Below, in pieces: positions 1 to 8,982 of a stretch of DNA of 64,000 nt. The notes below the pieces were generated by a model that had not been told where the DNA came from, made no database searches, and saw nothing but the letters and a program-made list of their open reading frames with translations. Made by a program: the position numbers and the translations under genes. Origin of the DNA: a virus (taxonomy: Duplodnaviria > Heunggongvirae > Uroviricota > Caudoviricetes); IMG/VR virus record IMGVR_UViG_3300022660_000042, one strand, 5' to 3'. Each line of letters starts with the position of its first letter. Position 1 is the stretch's first letter.

Positions 1-126
1 TGCACAATTCGTTAGTGCAATAGAACTGCTTATGATTTTCAGAAATTGCCAATTCACCGCCACAAATAGGGCAAACGGTCGGCATATTCCAGTTATGAAG
101 GCGGGCTAAAGTCTTAACGTCCATTG
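1..126 (-). CDS. partial CDS (N-terminal part; continues beyond window start); zinc-ribbon-like protein
   Basis: Reverse complement of 1..126 reads MDVKTLARLHNWNMPTVCPICGGELAISENHKQFYCTNELC with no stop before the window edge; CPICGG...C motif. Confidence 0.35.
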
Positions 127-178
127 TAATCTCCAATTTATGACTACAATATAGTATTTTTGTGTCTGTTTGTCAATG

Positions 179-442
179 CTAAATAAACATATAATTTTGC
201 TCGAACGATTCAGATGCTTCCATGCTTTCGCAAACCTGAATTTTCGTGGCTACGAGTCTCCAGCCGTATTTACCGCATTTTTCAGTGGCGAAATCGGTAG
301 CTATAGCCTTATCTGTCCAGCATAATACGTTTTCGTCAAGTTTTGTCTGATATGTATTATATTTGGTAGGAAATACTGGTTCATTCGGAAAATCAAACTG
401 AATAGTCCATTCAATTTCCTTTTTATAAGTCTTACATGTCAT
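179..442 (-). CDS. hypothetical protein
   Basis: 87-aa ORF in the six-frame track, co-oriented with neighbours. Confidence 0.4.
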   Translation of the reverse strand: MTCKTYKKEIEWTIQFDFPNEPVFPTKYNTYQTKLDENVLCWTDKAIATDFATEKCGKYGWRLVATKIQVCESMEASESFEQNYMFI

Positions 443-620
443 CTTGAATTACCTTTTCTGAAAATTCTTCAAGTTTATCCAAACTTTTCTCAGCAGCTAC
501 ACGTTCTTCTGTAACTACGTCAGTATCAAATCTGTCAAGATGGAGCATGGCCCTAGCCAATTCGGCAGCCGGAAACATTTCCATCATCGTTTTCGGTTTT
601 TCTTTATTGTCTTCATCCAT
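432..620 (-). CDS. hypothetical acidic small protein (start moved to internal ATG at 620)
   Basis: Track ORF 432..803 overlaps the uvsX 3' end and would run through the promoter/hairpin at 621-668. The internal ATG at 620..618 (MDEDNKEKP...) lies 8 nt downstream of a TATATT -10 element. Confidence 0.35.
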   Translation of the reverse strand: MDEDNKEKPKTMMEMFPAAELARAMLHLDRFDTDVVTEERVAAEKSLDKLEEFSEKVIQDDM

Positions 621-687
621 AATAATATAATATAGTAAAATAAAAGGGCCCGATTGGACCCTTTTATTTATTTGTTCTGAAAAACAA

Positions 688-1881
688 CTACACATCGTCT
701 TCGTCTTCAGCGAGAATATCACCATCGAGTTCATCGAGGTTGGCACCAGTACGGTTAACCATAGCGATACCAGTGTTTTCACTGAGGTCTTCATAACCTG
801 CATTCATAAGAGCGAGAACGTCTTCGTTTGCGTTGATAAGTACCTGTTCTTCGAATGCGAACTTGGATTCTACATAGTGTCTGAATGTTTCATCCTTATA
901 GAGAGGAATCCAGAATTTAGCACAATAGAGTTCTTCTTCCTTCCACATTCTTTCCGGCTTACCAAGTTCACCAGTTTCCGGGTCAACCTTGGCGTCGTAA
1001 CCGACACGAGCATAATATCCAGGCTTCGGCTTGTAAACTACGCCACATTCCATGGCTTCGTCCAAAAGACCGTAGTAAGGAGATACACCACCTGCATGGA
1101 GAATAAGATACTTGGTTTTGACGAATTCCTTAGCGGAACGACCCTTAGCGACAGCACAGGTAACAACCTTACCAAGAACATTCTTGCCCTTGTCACGTTC
1201 CTTCTTAGAAGAGTAACCGAGAACAATACCGTCAGCGTTGAATATGATACGCATACCACCAGGAATCTTATACGGGTCGCCGAACATTTCAAGAGAAGCA
1301 TAGACGTGGTTCATAACGAGAGTTGTAAATCCACCGCTCAAAATAATGTTTGCGAGCTCGTTCTTGAACTTTGCGGAAGACATGTTAACAGCGGAACTTC
1401 CCTGTTGTGCCTTTTCAAGAACCTGGTCTTCAATAATCGGACCCCAGGAGTCAAACAATACGAAAGTATTGCGACGTTGCTGAAGCGATCCGCATTGAGC
1501 CGAAAGCTTTGCAATAAATTGTTTAATCTTCGGAATACTGTTTGTAGGACCGTGGACACCGACTTCATCCATGTTAATTCCGAGCTTCGTAAGAAGGTCA
1601 TAGTTAACGGAGTTTTCAGTATCGACAATGAAGCAGTCCATACCAGAATCCTGTGCAGCCTTAAGAACAGAATAACCAATCATAGATTTACCCCAGCCGG
1701 AACCGGCCGCAATCATACTAATTGAACCCTTCTTAATACCGCCCTTGATTTTACCAGAAAGAACCAGATTAACCGAAATACAGTTCGTACTGAGCCATTC
1801 CACCGGAATTCGCTCGGTATGGAGAAGATCGGCCAAATCCTTATCCTTCTTCATTTTTGCAAGAAGCATGTTTTTTGCCAT
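688..1881 (-). CDS. uvsX: UvsX/RecA-family recombinase
   Basis: 397 aa. Strong collinear similarity to T4 UvsX (from memory): IPVEWLSTNCISVNLVLSGKIKGG..., P-loop GSGWGKS, and C-terminal GLLDEAMECGVVYKPKPGYYAR versus T4 GLLDMALELGFVVKPKNGWYAR. Confidence 0.9.
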   Translation of the reverse strand: MAKNMLLAKMKKDKDLADLLHTERIPVEWLSTNCISVNLVLSGKIKGGIKKGSISMIAAGSGWGKSMIGYSVLKAAQDSGMDCFIVDTENSVNYDLLTKLGINMDEVGVHGPTNSIPKIKQFIAKLSAQCGSLQQRRNTFVLFDSWGPIIEDQVLEKAQQGSSAVNMSSAKFKNELANIILSGGFTTLVMNHVYASLEMFGDPYKIPGGMRIIFNADGIVLGYSSKKERDKGKNVLGKVVTCAVAKGRSAKEFVKTKYLILHAGGVSPYYGLLDEAMECGVVYKPKPGYYARVGYDAKVDPETGELGKPERMWKEEELYCAKFWIPLYKDETFRHYVESKFAFEEQVLINANEDVLALMNAGYEDLSENTGIAMVNRTGANLDELDGDILAEDEDDV

Positions 1882-1996
1882 GTTTTACCTATTATTTTAT
1901 TTTGTCATCGAATTTGTCATCATTGAGCTTTAATTGACTAACGCACTTCTGAATCGCCCTTTTCATTGTACTTTTACTGTTAGTCAGAATATTTAT

Positions 1997-2028
1997 AATA
2001 TAGAAAAAATGGTAAACTTTCGTTTACC
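1997..2028 (-). promoter_or_regulatory. -10 TATATT element plus GAAA-tetraloop hairpin (GGTAAACgaaaGTTTACC on the minus strand) upstream of uvsX
   Basis: Plus-strand AATATA at 1997..2002; perfect 7-bp stem hairpin at 2011..2028; weak -35. About 110-nt leader to the uvsX ATG. Confidence 0.45.
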
Positions 2029-2049
2029 ATTTTAATTTTTATTCCGATT

Positions 2050-2415
2050 TTATCGACCGAGGAACTCATTGAGAACTTCACCTTCCGACGGATATAAATC
2101 GCGGTACGGATTGTGATATTCATTCTTTTGTTTTACAAATTCGTTCTTCTCAGCCTTTTCGACAACGAAATCCTTATCTACCTTGACAGCCGGAGTTTCA
2201 AGAATTTCCTTGGATTCCTTAATCTGTTTCGGTTGAATCAAAGCTTCAGCAGCCTTAGGCTTTGATGATTCGTTAATCTGCGGATTCGGAGTTTCAGAAG
2301 AGTGAGCAGCTTCATATTCCTTAAGCTTGGTCTTATGCTTTGTCCACATATGAGAACCGAGCTTCATACGGTTTTCAAAAGTCTCACCGCAAATAGGGCA
2401 AATTACTTGATCCAT
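2050..2415 (-). CDS. C2H2 zinc-finger-like small protein
   Basis: N-terminus ICPICGETFENRMKLGSHMWTKHK matches a CxxC...HxxxxH (C2H2-type) pattern. Confidence 0.5.
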   Translation of the reverse strand: MDQVICPICGETFENRMKLGSHMWTKHKTKLKEYEAAHSSETPNPQINESSKPKAAEALIQPKQIKESKEILETPAVKVDKDFVVEKAEKNEFVKQKNEYHNPYRDLYPSEGEVLNEFLGR

Positions 2416-2427
2416 AGTCTACTCCAA

Positions 2428-3066
2428 TTATTTCTTTTTAGAATTCTTCTTTGCAGGCTTCTTCTTGTTCTTCTTTCCGTTAACAGCCTCATTTTGGCGG
2501 GGCTTAGTTTTCTTCGGAGTGCTCTTGCTTGGCTTGACAGTTTTCTCAGTCGTCTTCTTGGTGTCATTTGTCTTTTCCTTACGTGAACGTTTCTTGTCAG
2601 TAGACTTCTTGTCGGCGGACTTCTTAGCCGGCTTGAGAGCCTTTGCGATATTCTTCAAGTCTTCGTCAGAAATCTTTTCAATTTCTTCCTTAGTTACTTC
2701 GGTAACTTCATTTTCACCGGTAACGACAGCGACTTTCGGAGTATCTTCAACCTTATCAAGAACCTTACCGGCGAGCTCTTCAGTCATTGTGTAAGTCGGA
2801 TCCAATTCTACCATCGGCTCAGGCTTATTTGCTTCTTCGCAAATAATATTTCCAGCTTCCATGATGTCGCATGCAGTCTGCTTGCATTCTTCTTCATGCT
2901 TTACAGGATCTTCGCCTTCAGTTTCGACAAAAGCATCGAGCGGATTTTCATCGAACTTTGCAAGTTCCGGTTCCTGTTCGCGCAATGCCTTACGGAGCAA
3001 GAAATATCCAGTTACTACCAAGATTACGGCAAGCGCAATCAAACCAATTATCAATGTTGTATTCAT
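2428..3066 (-). CDS. membrane-anchored protein with lysine-rich, histone H1-like basic C-terminal tail
   Basis: N-terminal hydrophobic helix (LIIGLIALAVILVVTGYFLL), acidic middle, and a C-terminal ~60 aa dominated by K/R/T/S. Confidence 0.5.
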   Translation of the reverse strand: MNTTLIIGLIALAVILVVTGYFLLRKALREQEPELAKFDENPLDAFVETEGEDPVKHEEECKQTACDIMEAGNIICEEANKPEPMVELDPTYTMTEELAGKVLDKVEDTPKVAVVTGENEVTEVTKEEIEKISDEDLKNIAKALKPAKKSADKKSTDKKRSRKEKTNDTKKTTEKTVKPSKSTPKKTKPRQNEAVNGKKNKKKPAKKNSKKK

Positions 3067-3115
3067 ATTTTCACCTCATTAAAATAATAACTTGTGTATT
3101 GTATATATAAAAATT

Positions 3116-4192
3116 TTAACTGAAAAACTCGAACATCGTCGGGCGTTCCAAATTAATTTCTTCCTTTGGACCTAACCAACCGGCAATTCTGAACATCGTA
3201 TCAAAAAGCTGACAGAACGATTTTCTGAACGCGGTTTCATAGTCAATCTCAAAGTATTTATTAAATTCTTTCGGCCAAGATTCAAGATATGCAACCGCTT
3301 CAATCGGTTCTATCTTTCCGTCCATATCCTTAGCTGAAATCTTTTGAGAAGGCTTTACATATACATAACGCAATTTTGAGTTATTACGAATCGGATTATA
3401 TTTCAACCTGTCCTTTGTGATAATATAGTTGTAGATAATGGAAATCTTTGCACCGAAAATAAGACCTGTCGGAAGAATCAAACCATGGTCCATATAATAG
3501 TCCATAAGAGTTTCGTATTTCGTGTCGAACGGCTGTGTATTCATCGAACTTTCCATATATTGTTCTCTGAATTTATCCATTGCGATTGTAGTATATTTCG
3601 TATAGTTCTTGATACCAATAACAGACGAAATAACATTCAAATCTGAGCTCTTAAACTGGTCATAAACCTTGTAGATATATTCCTGTGCTTCTTCCTTACC
3701 GATACCGTCACAAATTTTGAACGCGAGTTCTTCGGCTGCAACCTTACAGAAGTCAGGCATTATAGATTTCTTAATAGGAATACCCATGATTTTGTGTTTC
3801 ATGTGGTCCAACGGAAACTTCTTACCTTCACTGTCGATAATATTACCGATATACAACTTCTTCGCAAAACAGAACATGTTTTTGAAGATATTTTCACGGT
3901 TAAAATTAATCTTATTGACTGTATGGAATTGTGTGGCTCGAATTTCAAGAATCCTATCAAAAAAGCGCTGGAATATGTTTTCGCATTTCTCAAAATATCT
4001 ACGATATTCATCTTCATTCGTAATCGATAAACCAGATTCTAATAAACGACGCTTAAGTTCGATAATCGAGAAATAAACGGAGTCCGTGTCATTATGTACG
4101 GCACAGACATCACGTCCTTTCACAACAAGCGGACTCATGTTGTTCATTTGAAATTTATCAATCTTTACATCTAATGCTTTCTTAAATTCCAT
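3116..4192 (-). CDS. family-B DNA polymerase, C-terminal subunit (palm motif C / thumb)
   Basis: Contains the HNDTDSVYF motif C (YGDTDS-type). Real start ATG at 4192..4190 (MEFKKALDV...) with GAGGA Shine-Dalgarno 6 nt upstream. The junction with the upstream gene is TAA-A-ATG. Confidence 0.8.
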   Translation of the reverse strand: MEFKKALDVKIDKFQMNNMSPLVVKGRDVCAVHNDTDSVYFSIIELKRRLLESGLSITNEDEYRRYFEKCENIFQRFFDRILEIRATQFHTVNKINFNRENIFKNMFCFAKKLYIGNIIDSEGKKFPLDHMKHKIMGIPIKKSIMPDFCKVAAEELAFKICDGIGKEEAQEYIYKVYDQFKSSDLNVISSVIGIKNYTKYTTIAMDKFREQYMESSMNTQPFDTKYETLMDYYMDHGLILPTGLIFGAKISIIYNYIITKDRLKYNPIRNNSKLRYVYVKPSQKISAKDMDGKIEPIEAVAYLESWPKEFNKYFEIDYETAFRKSFCQLFDTMFRIAGWLGPKEEINLERPTMFEFFS

Positions 4193-4193
4193 T

Positions 4194-6401
4194 TTAATCC
4201 TCAATACCGAGAAGGTCAGTGTCCTTGTTGAATTCATAAGCATAGATTTCCATTTCGTCATTACCGCGAAGAACGGTAATCTTTTCATAGAAATCATACT
4301 TATATGTCTTTTCTTCTGTAATAATGGAAACTGTCGAGAATTCCTTAATTACATCCTTGAGCAAGTACGGAGAAACATAGTATTCGTTAAGATGCTTAGT
4401 CAACCAGTCTCTCAAGGTAACACGAGCACAACGACAAATTGCACGGGCAACATCCGGGTCATACAATGCGAAGCTGTTTGCAAGAGATACACCGTAAACC
4501 GAGTTAATAATCAACTTCTTGGTCATTTGTCGGTTATGATAAAGATGTGCACCAGCCTTGTCACCATTCTTTTCACATTCCTTTTCCTTATTCTTATATA
4601 TCTTACGTTCTGCAAACACCTGCTTAACAACGTTCGGAAGAATACCATCGTCACGGTTATAGAACCCAAGTTCTGCAACATCCGTCGGAATAACCTCACC
4701 GGATTCAATCTGTTCCTTAGTAGGATGAACAACCTTCAATTCTGGAGAGATATGGAATTCCATAATATGGTGCGGATATGAAGACGTAATATCGAAAGAC
4801 ATACAGTCGTCATGTCGGCCAGGGAAGTCATAACAATAACCGGCTTTTACCTGGAATTCTGGGAATGGATGAGGATCCTTCTTATAAGCATTCCATGCTT
4901 CTATGAAAGCATCTTCAGTTTTCCAATGTTCAAATCGTTTCTGACCAACTATTGACCTAATCGTGGCATAATCGGCTTTTCCTACTTTCTGAGCTTCCTT
5001 ATAGGCATCATAGAAAATCCTGAACTTACAATAATCCTTGTAACGTTTTGCACCAGGTTCCCATTCAGTGTTCTCGAAGTAATCGTTTCCATCCTTATCC
5101 TTGATAATATAGCAACGTTCGTTTCTCCACCAGTCAACATGATGGTCTTCGCGGTCATTAAGCACACGGTTTGTCTTGTGCAAGAACTTCAAGATATAAC
5201 CGGTAGTCGTCGGAACTTTCTGTTCAACCTTATCGAGAGTTACAAGGCAATCGAACGCATATTCAATAATAAGGTCGAAAAGCTTATTCTTTGTTTCCAA
5301 GTCGACCATAATCATAACGTCCTTTCGGTTATACTTCAGGAAGTTATTACCGTCAATCTTGTAGGTTTCAGAAATCGCACCGCTATACTCCAATTTCTGG
5401 TCATTCAATTCGAGGTTGGCCACATAGTTAAGAGAATACGAAGAAAGAGGCGGATGAGATCCGAAGACTTCGTACAGTTTCATGTAGTCAAGCGAATACA
5501 AACCAGGAATGGTATATTTAGTTCCGAGTTCGACATTTTCCATCTTGCGGTCAGTAATCTTTTCCGCAATAGGCATCATGCCAAGAGGAGACAACTGCTT
5601 TTCCCATTCTACCTTTATATCCAGTTTTTCTCTAAGGACTTCACAACGACGCATGATATACGGAATATCGTATGCAAGCGAATTCCAACCTGTAATGATG
5701 TCAAAATGGTTATTGGCGAACCACTTTATCCATTCTCGGATAAGTACCGCTTCTGACTTACAATACGTATAGTTAGGCAAATCCTTAGGGTCATCCGTAT
5801 ATCTGATTGTACTCCAGGTATAAGATTGCTTTGTCTTTGTAGAATAACAAGTAATTGCGTTAATCGGCCATTGTGCTATTTCAGGAGACGGGAAATCATA
5901 GGAAACGAAACAGCTGTCTTCGTACGGAAGATATTTATCAACTTCAATATCATAAACGAAATACTTATCATGGTCAAACTTCATGTCGAAATCAATAAGA
6001 CTAACATCGATAGTCTTATTGGTTTTCTTCTCACAAACTTTAATCAACGTTTCGTCATAATACTTACTGCCAGACGCAACTTCAATATCGAAGAAACAAA
6101 TGTTCCACAAACTCATGTCTACATGGAGTTCTTCGTTATCGTACAGCTGATGCATGTATTTGACTTCAGGACGCAAATTACCTTCACAGACGCCTTTCAG
6201 ACCTATTAACGAATTTCGGTCCTTATAAGGGAACCTTTCCATTGGAGTCTTATGAATATCGGTAAGCTTGCTCTTTTTTGTCTTATCAGGAATGTAGCAC
6301 CAGTTATTGAATTCTACTTCCTTAAATTCAGTATCTTCTTGGGCCTTAAAGTATAACTTTTGTTTCTTAAAGTCCCAATAACAATTTTTAAATCCACTCA
6401 T
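4194..6401 (-). CDS. family-B DNA polymerase, N-terminal subunit (3'-5' exonuclease plus palm motifs A and B)
   Basis: 735 aa; Exo I FFDIEVASGS; motif A SFDITSSYPHHIM (DxxSLYPS-type); motif B KKLIINSVYGVSLANS (KxxxNSxYG). Ends with TAA at 4196..4194. Confidence 0.85.
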   Translation of the reverse strand: MSGFKNCYWDFKKQKLYFKAQEDTEFKEVEFNNWCYIPDKTKKSKLTDIHKTPMERFPYKDRNSLIGLKGVCEGNLRPEVKYMHQLYDNEELHVDMSLWNICFFDIEVASGSKYYDETLIKVCEKKTNKTIDVSLIDFDMKFDHDKYFVYDIEVDKYLPYEDSCFVSYDFPSPEIAQWPINAITCYSTKTKQSYTWSTIRYTDDPKDLPNYTYCKSEAVLIREWIKWFANNHFDIITGWNSLAYDIPYIMRRCEVLREKLDIKVEWEKQLSPLGMMPIAEKITDRKMENVELGTKYTIPGLYSLDYMKLYEVFGSHPPLSSYSLNYVANLELNDQKLEYSGAISETYKIDGNNFLKYNRKDVMIMVDLETKNKLFDLIIEYAFDCLVTLDKVEQKVPTTTGYILKFLHKTNRVLNDREDHHVDWWRNERCYIIKDKDGNDYFENTEWEPGAKRYKDYCKFRIFYDAYKEAQKVGKADYATIRSIVGQKRFEHWKTEDAFIEAWNAYKKDPHPFPEFQVKAGYCYDFPGRHDDCMSFDITSSYPHHIMEFHISPELKVVHPTKEQIESGEVIPTDVAELGFYNRDDGILPNVVKQVFAERKIYKNKEKECEKNGDKAGAHLYHNRQMTKKLIINSVYGVSLANSFALYDPDVARAICRCARVTLRDWLTKHLNEYYVSPYLLKDVIKEFSTVSIITEEKTYKYDFYEKITVLRGNDEMEIYAYEFNKDTDLLGIED

Positions 6402-6409
6402 ATAGTTTA

Positions 6410-6446
6410 AATATAGAAAAAACCTACAAATGATTAAATTTGTAGG
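6410..6446 (-). promoter_or_regulatory. -10 TATATT plus hairpin (CCTACAAAT...ATTTGTAGG) upstream of DNA polymerase
   Basis: Plus-strand AATATA at 6410..6415, 8 nt from the polymerase ATG (6401); hairpin at 6423..6446 followed by a T-run. Confidence 0.45.
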
Positions 6447-6470
6447 TCTTTTTATTCCAAAATTCTTTAA

Positions 6471-6677
6471 TTATGCATTCAACGTCTTGATGAAGGTCTG
6501 CATATCCTGGAAAGCCTGGAGATAGCCGGCCTTGAATTCAGCCTTAGCTTCCGGGACTTCAGTCTTACGGACTTCATCGATCTTTGCGACCACGATTTGC
6601 TTGATTGCACGGAGGTTGTTAACAACAACGTCTTCGGCGTCAACTGCATCATTAAAGTTATTAGCATTAGTCATCAT
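6471..6677 (-). CDS. hypothetical protein
   Basis: 68-aa ORF, co-oriented, in an otherwise noncoding gap. Confidence 0.4.
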   Translation of the reverse strand: MMTNANNFNDAVDAEDVVVNNLRAIKQIVVAKIDEVRKTEVPEAKAEFKAGYLQAFQDMQTFIKTLNA

Positions 6678-6880
6678 ATTATGTTTTCCTTTATCGTTTA
6701 GTTAACCATATATTATAGGTTCTTGTGTCTTCTTGTTGTTTCTTCGCATTGTCAGGAATCATAGACTGATATTCTTCCGGAATTTCAGAAAAATCTGGAG
6801 CCTGCTCATATTGTTTCCATACATTGATATTACCGATAGCATTTGCTATTTCTGGCATACCTTCTGTAACTTCTTCAATA

Positions 6881-7171
6881 TCAAGCGGTAGTCGTCTCTT
6901 TCTGCTGTACTCTGGTATCATATCTAAACTTTATCCTTCCTTTACTCATATCATAGATGTTCACACCGATAAGGCATTTATCACCTGGAGTGATATGAAT
7001 ATGCTTAACACGAATTTTGCCAGATATAGTGCAAAGCACTCTCTGACCATTTTCTAGTTCAACGTCAAACATCGCATTAGGGCGGGCTTCTAAAACCGTG
7101 CCGATAACGTCGACTTCTGACAAGTTTTGTTTTTCTGCTTTATCTTTTTTATTAGTTTTAATTTTCTTCAT
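6881..7171 (-). CDS. infA: translation initiation factor IF-1 homolog (S1-like OB fold)
   Basis: GTVLEARPNAMFDVELENGQRVLCTISGKIRVKHIHITPGDKCLIGVNIYDMSKGRIKFRY aligns nearly position by position with E. coli IF1 ([60 protein letters not shown], from memory). Confidence 0.8.
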   Translation of the reverse strand: MKKIKTNKKDKAEKQNLSEVDVIGTVLEARPNAMFDVELENGQRVLCTISGKIRVKHIHITPGDKCLIGVNIYDMSKGRIKFRYDTRVQQKETTTA

Positions 7172-7173
7172 TT

Positions 7174-8193
7174 TTAATTCGCAGCTGTCTCAAGCTCAGC
7201 ATCAGTGGTCGTGTTTTCTTCATTAGATGGCATTTCAAAAGTCGATTCTCCGTCTGCTACAACTTCGAATTCTTCAACAGGTTCATTAGATTCTTCTTTA
7301 TGCTGTGCTTCTTGTTTTTCTTCAGATAGCTTCTTAATTCTTTCACTATTAGCCTTCACCAAAGCAAGTCGCTTAGCACCTTCGTCTACTTGGACAGAAG
7401 ATTGCTTAGTAAGCGTACTTCCCAATTCACTCAGATCTGCGGTTTCGAGCATTGCATCGAGGTTAGCTTTCTTTTCTTTCAAGATTTCTTCTTCAGTTTT
7501 CGCAGGTTCTGCTTTTTTAACAACTTTAGGTTTCGTTACTTGCGGTGCTGCTGCAGTTTCAGTTACTTTTTCAGTCTTCTTTTCGACAACTTTGGCTGCA
7601 ACGGGCTTTTTCTTAATAACAGTCTTTTTAACCGGAGCAGGTGCTACAACAACTTCCGGTTCTTTTTCTTTGTAAATAATCTTTGGAGCTGGCGGTGGTG
7701 GATTCATGATTTCATCACACATGTCCAACATGCATTCATTAAGCTTTGTGAGGCCAGTCATTCCATATTTAAAAAACATTGCGGTCATTTTCTCTTTCAT
7801 TTCGTCAATAAGAGAAAAAGCTTCAGAAAAAGCGGGGTTATTAATATAACCCGCACTTTCTGTAAATGTTTGTGGCTTTTTAGCTGGACGTCTGCGAACA
7901 GGCGCCGGCTCTACATAATTCGTATCATCGTCAAAATCGGGTTCAGCAGGAACTGGTGCAGGACGCGGTGCCGGAGCAGGAGCCGGACGTGGCGCAGGCC
8001 TTGGTGAAGGACGCTGCGTACGATGGGCTTCATTTATTTCCGGAACTTCGTCATTATAGAATTCATCATCTTCAAGCTCATCGACATTGACTGTCTGAGC
8101 CTTATAATTCTTATATGCCTCAAGTTTCTGTTCTTCGGTATAAGACGGGTCGTTTCTATGTAGATAGCTTATAAAAGAATCACCATTACTCAT
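7174..8193 (-). CDS. hypothetical Pro/Ala-rich protein
   Basis: 339 aa with a PRPAPRPAPAPAPRPAPVP repeat and K/E-rich coiled segments. Confidence 0.5.
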   Translation of the reverse strand: MSNGDSFISYLHRNDPSYTEEQKLEAYKNYKAQTVNVDELEDDEFYNDEVPEINEAHRTQRPSPRPAPRPAPAPAPRPAPVPAEPDFDDDTNYVEPAPVRRRPAKKPQTFTESAGYINNPAFSEAFSLIDEMKEKMTAMFFKYGMTGLTKLNECMLDMCDEIMNPPPPAPKIIYKEKEPEVVVAPAPVKKTVIKKKPVAAKVVEKKTEKVTETAAAPQVTKPKVVKKAEPAKTEEEILKEKKANLDAMLETADLSELGSTLTKQSSVQVDEGAKRLALVKANSERIKKLSEEKQEAQHKEESNEPVEEFEVVADGESTFEMPSNEENTTTDAELETAAN

Positions 8194-8238
8194 AATTATA
8201 CCTTATTTATAGAAGTTATTTTTAAAATATAGAAAATT

Positions 8239-8982
8239 TTAAACCAACTTCGTCTTTACCTTATCAATTAATCCGATTTTCTTTGCTTCATTTGCCGACA
8301 TAAAGTTGTCAAACGAAGTAAGTTCACGGAGTTCTTCAGTAGTCTTCCCAGTCTGTTTCTTGAATACACGATTCATGCTATCAGTCCAGTTCTGCAATTC
8401 CTTCTGGAGAATGCTAACGTCCTTAAGACGACCAGCAAAACCATCGGCGACAATACCAGCCTGATGAATCATGATACGAGAAGACGGGAATGCATAACGA
8501 TGGCCAGGAGTTCCGTTTGCAAGAATGACAGAAGCCATACTAGAGCAAGAACCGCAAGCAATCGTGTTAATAATAATACCTTTACGCTTCAATTCATCCA
8601 TAACGTCGATGAGAGCAAAACCAGCATCGCAATCTCCACCAGGAGAAGAGAGGTAAATGGTAACGGGATCCTTAATGTCGTCATCGTAAAACGAAAGACG
8701 TTGAATAGTGCGAATGGCGATATTCCAATCAATCGCACCAGTAATCCAAATACAACGCTTGACTTCAAAGTAATTCTGACGCATTACTTCAAAATAACCG
8801 CCCATTTCACCAAGAGGAATGGCTTGTTGTTCAGGTTCTTCAGGCTGACCTTCCGGAGGAACATCACCAGGATTTTCCGGTACAGGAGGCATTTGACCCG
8901 GATTCGGAGTAACCATAGGAGCAATAGGTGCTTCTACAGGCTTATTTTCAGTTTTCTTCTTTACGATGCGCTTTAAAGACAT
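8239..8982 (-). CDS. ClpP-family serine peptidase (S14) with Pro-rich N-terminal extension
   Basis: Core IYLSSPGGDCDAGFALIDVM...GSCSSMASVILANG...RIMIHQAG matches the ClpP Ser/His/Asp regions. Confidence 0.8.
   Translation of the reverse strand: MSLKRIVKKKTENKPVEAPIAPMVTPNPGQMPPVPENPGDVPPEGQPEEPEQQAIPLGEMGGYFEVMRQNYFEVKRCIWITGAIDWNIAIRTIQRLSFYDDDIKDPVTIYLSSPGGDCDAGFALIDVMDELKRKGIIINTIACGSCSSMASVILANGTPGHRYAFPSSRIMIHQAGIVADGFAGRLKDVSILQKELQNWTDSMNRVFKKQTGKTTEELRELTSFDNFMSANEAKKIGLIDKVKTKLV

Noticed and set aside
432-803. Track ORF 432..803 (123 aa) as annotated
   Set aside because: It overlaps the uvsX 3' end by 115 nt in another frame and runs through the hairpin-promoter at 621..668. Shortened to the internal ATG at 620.
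877-1725. Long plus-strand ORFs lying entirely inside strong minus-strand genes (877..1725 in uvsX, 18838..19971 in nadM-nudix, 21957..23279, 27420..28496 in ligA, 37338..38846, 61694..62770 and others)
   Set aside because: These are antisense shadow ORFs of AT-rich coding sequence. Their translations are low-complexity or hydrophobic nonsense, whereas the minus-strand partners carry recognisable conserved motifs. Gene polarity in the window is otherwise uniformly minus.
4190-4197. Programmed ribosomal frameshift joining the two polymerase genes
   Set aside because: The downstream gene has its own ATG and a well-spaced GAGGA Shine-Dalgarno sequence, so independent initiation of a split gene is the simpler explanation, though a sequencing indel cannot be excluded from sequence alone.
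6691-6921. 76-aa ORF overlapping the IF-1 gene start by 41 nt
   Set aside because: It overlaps the 5' end of a well-supported gene and has no independent support. It is possibly real with a later start but is not called.
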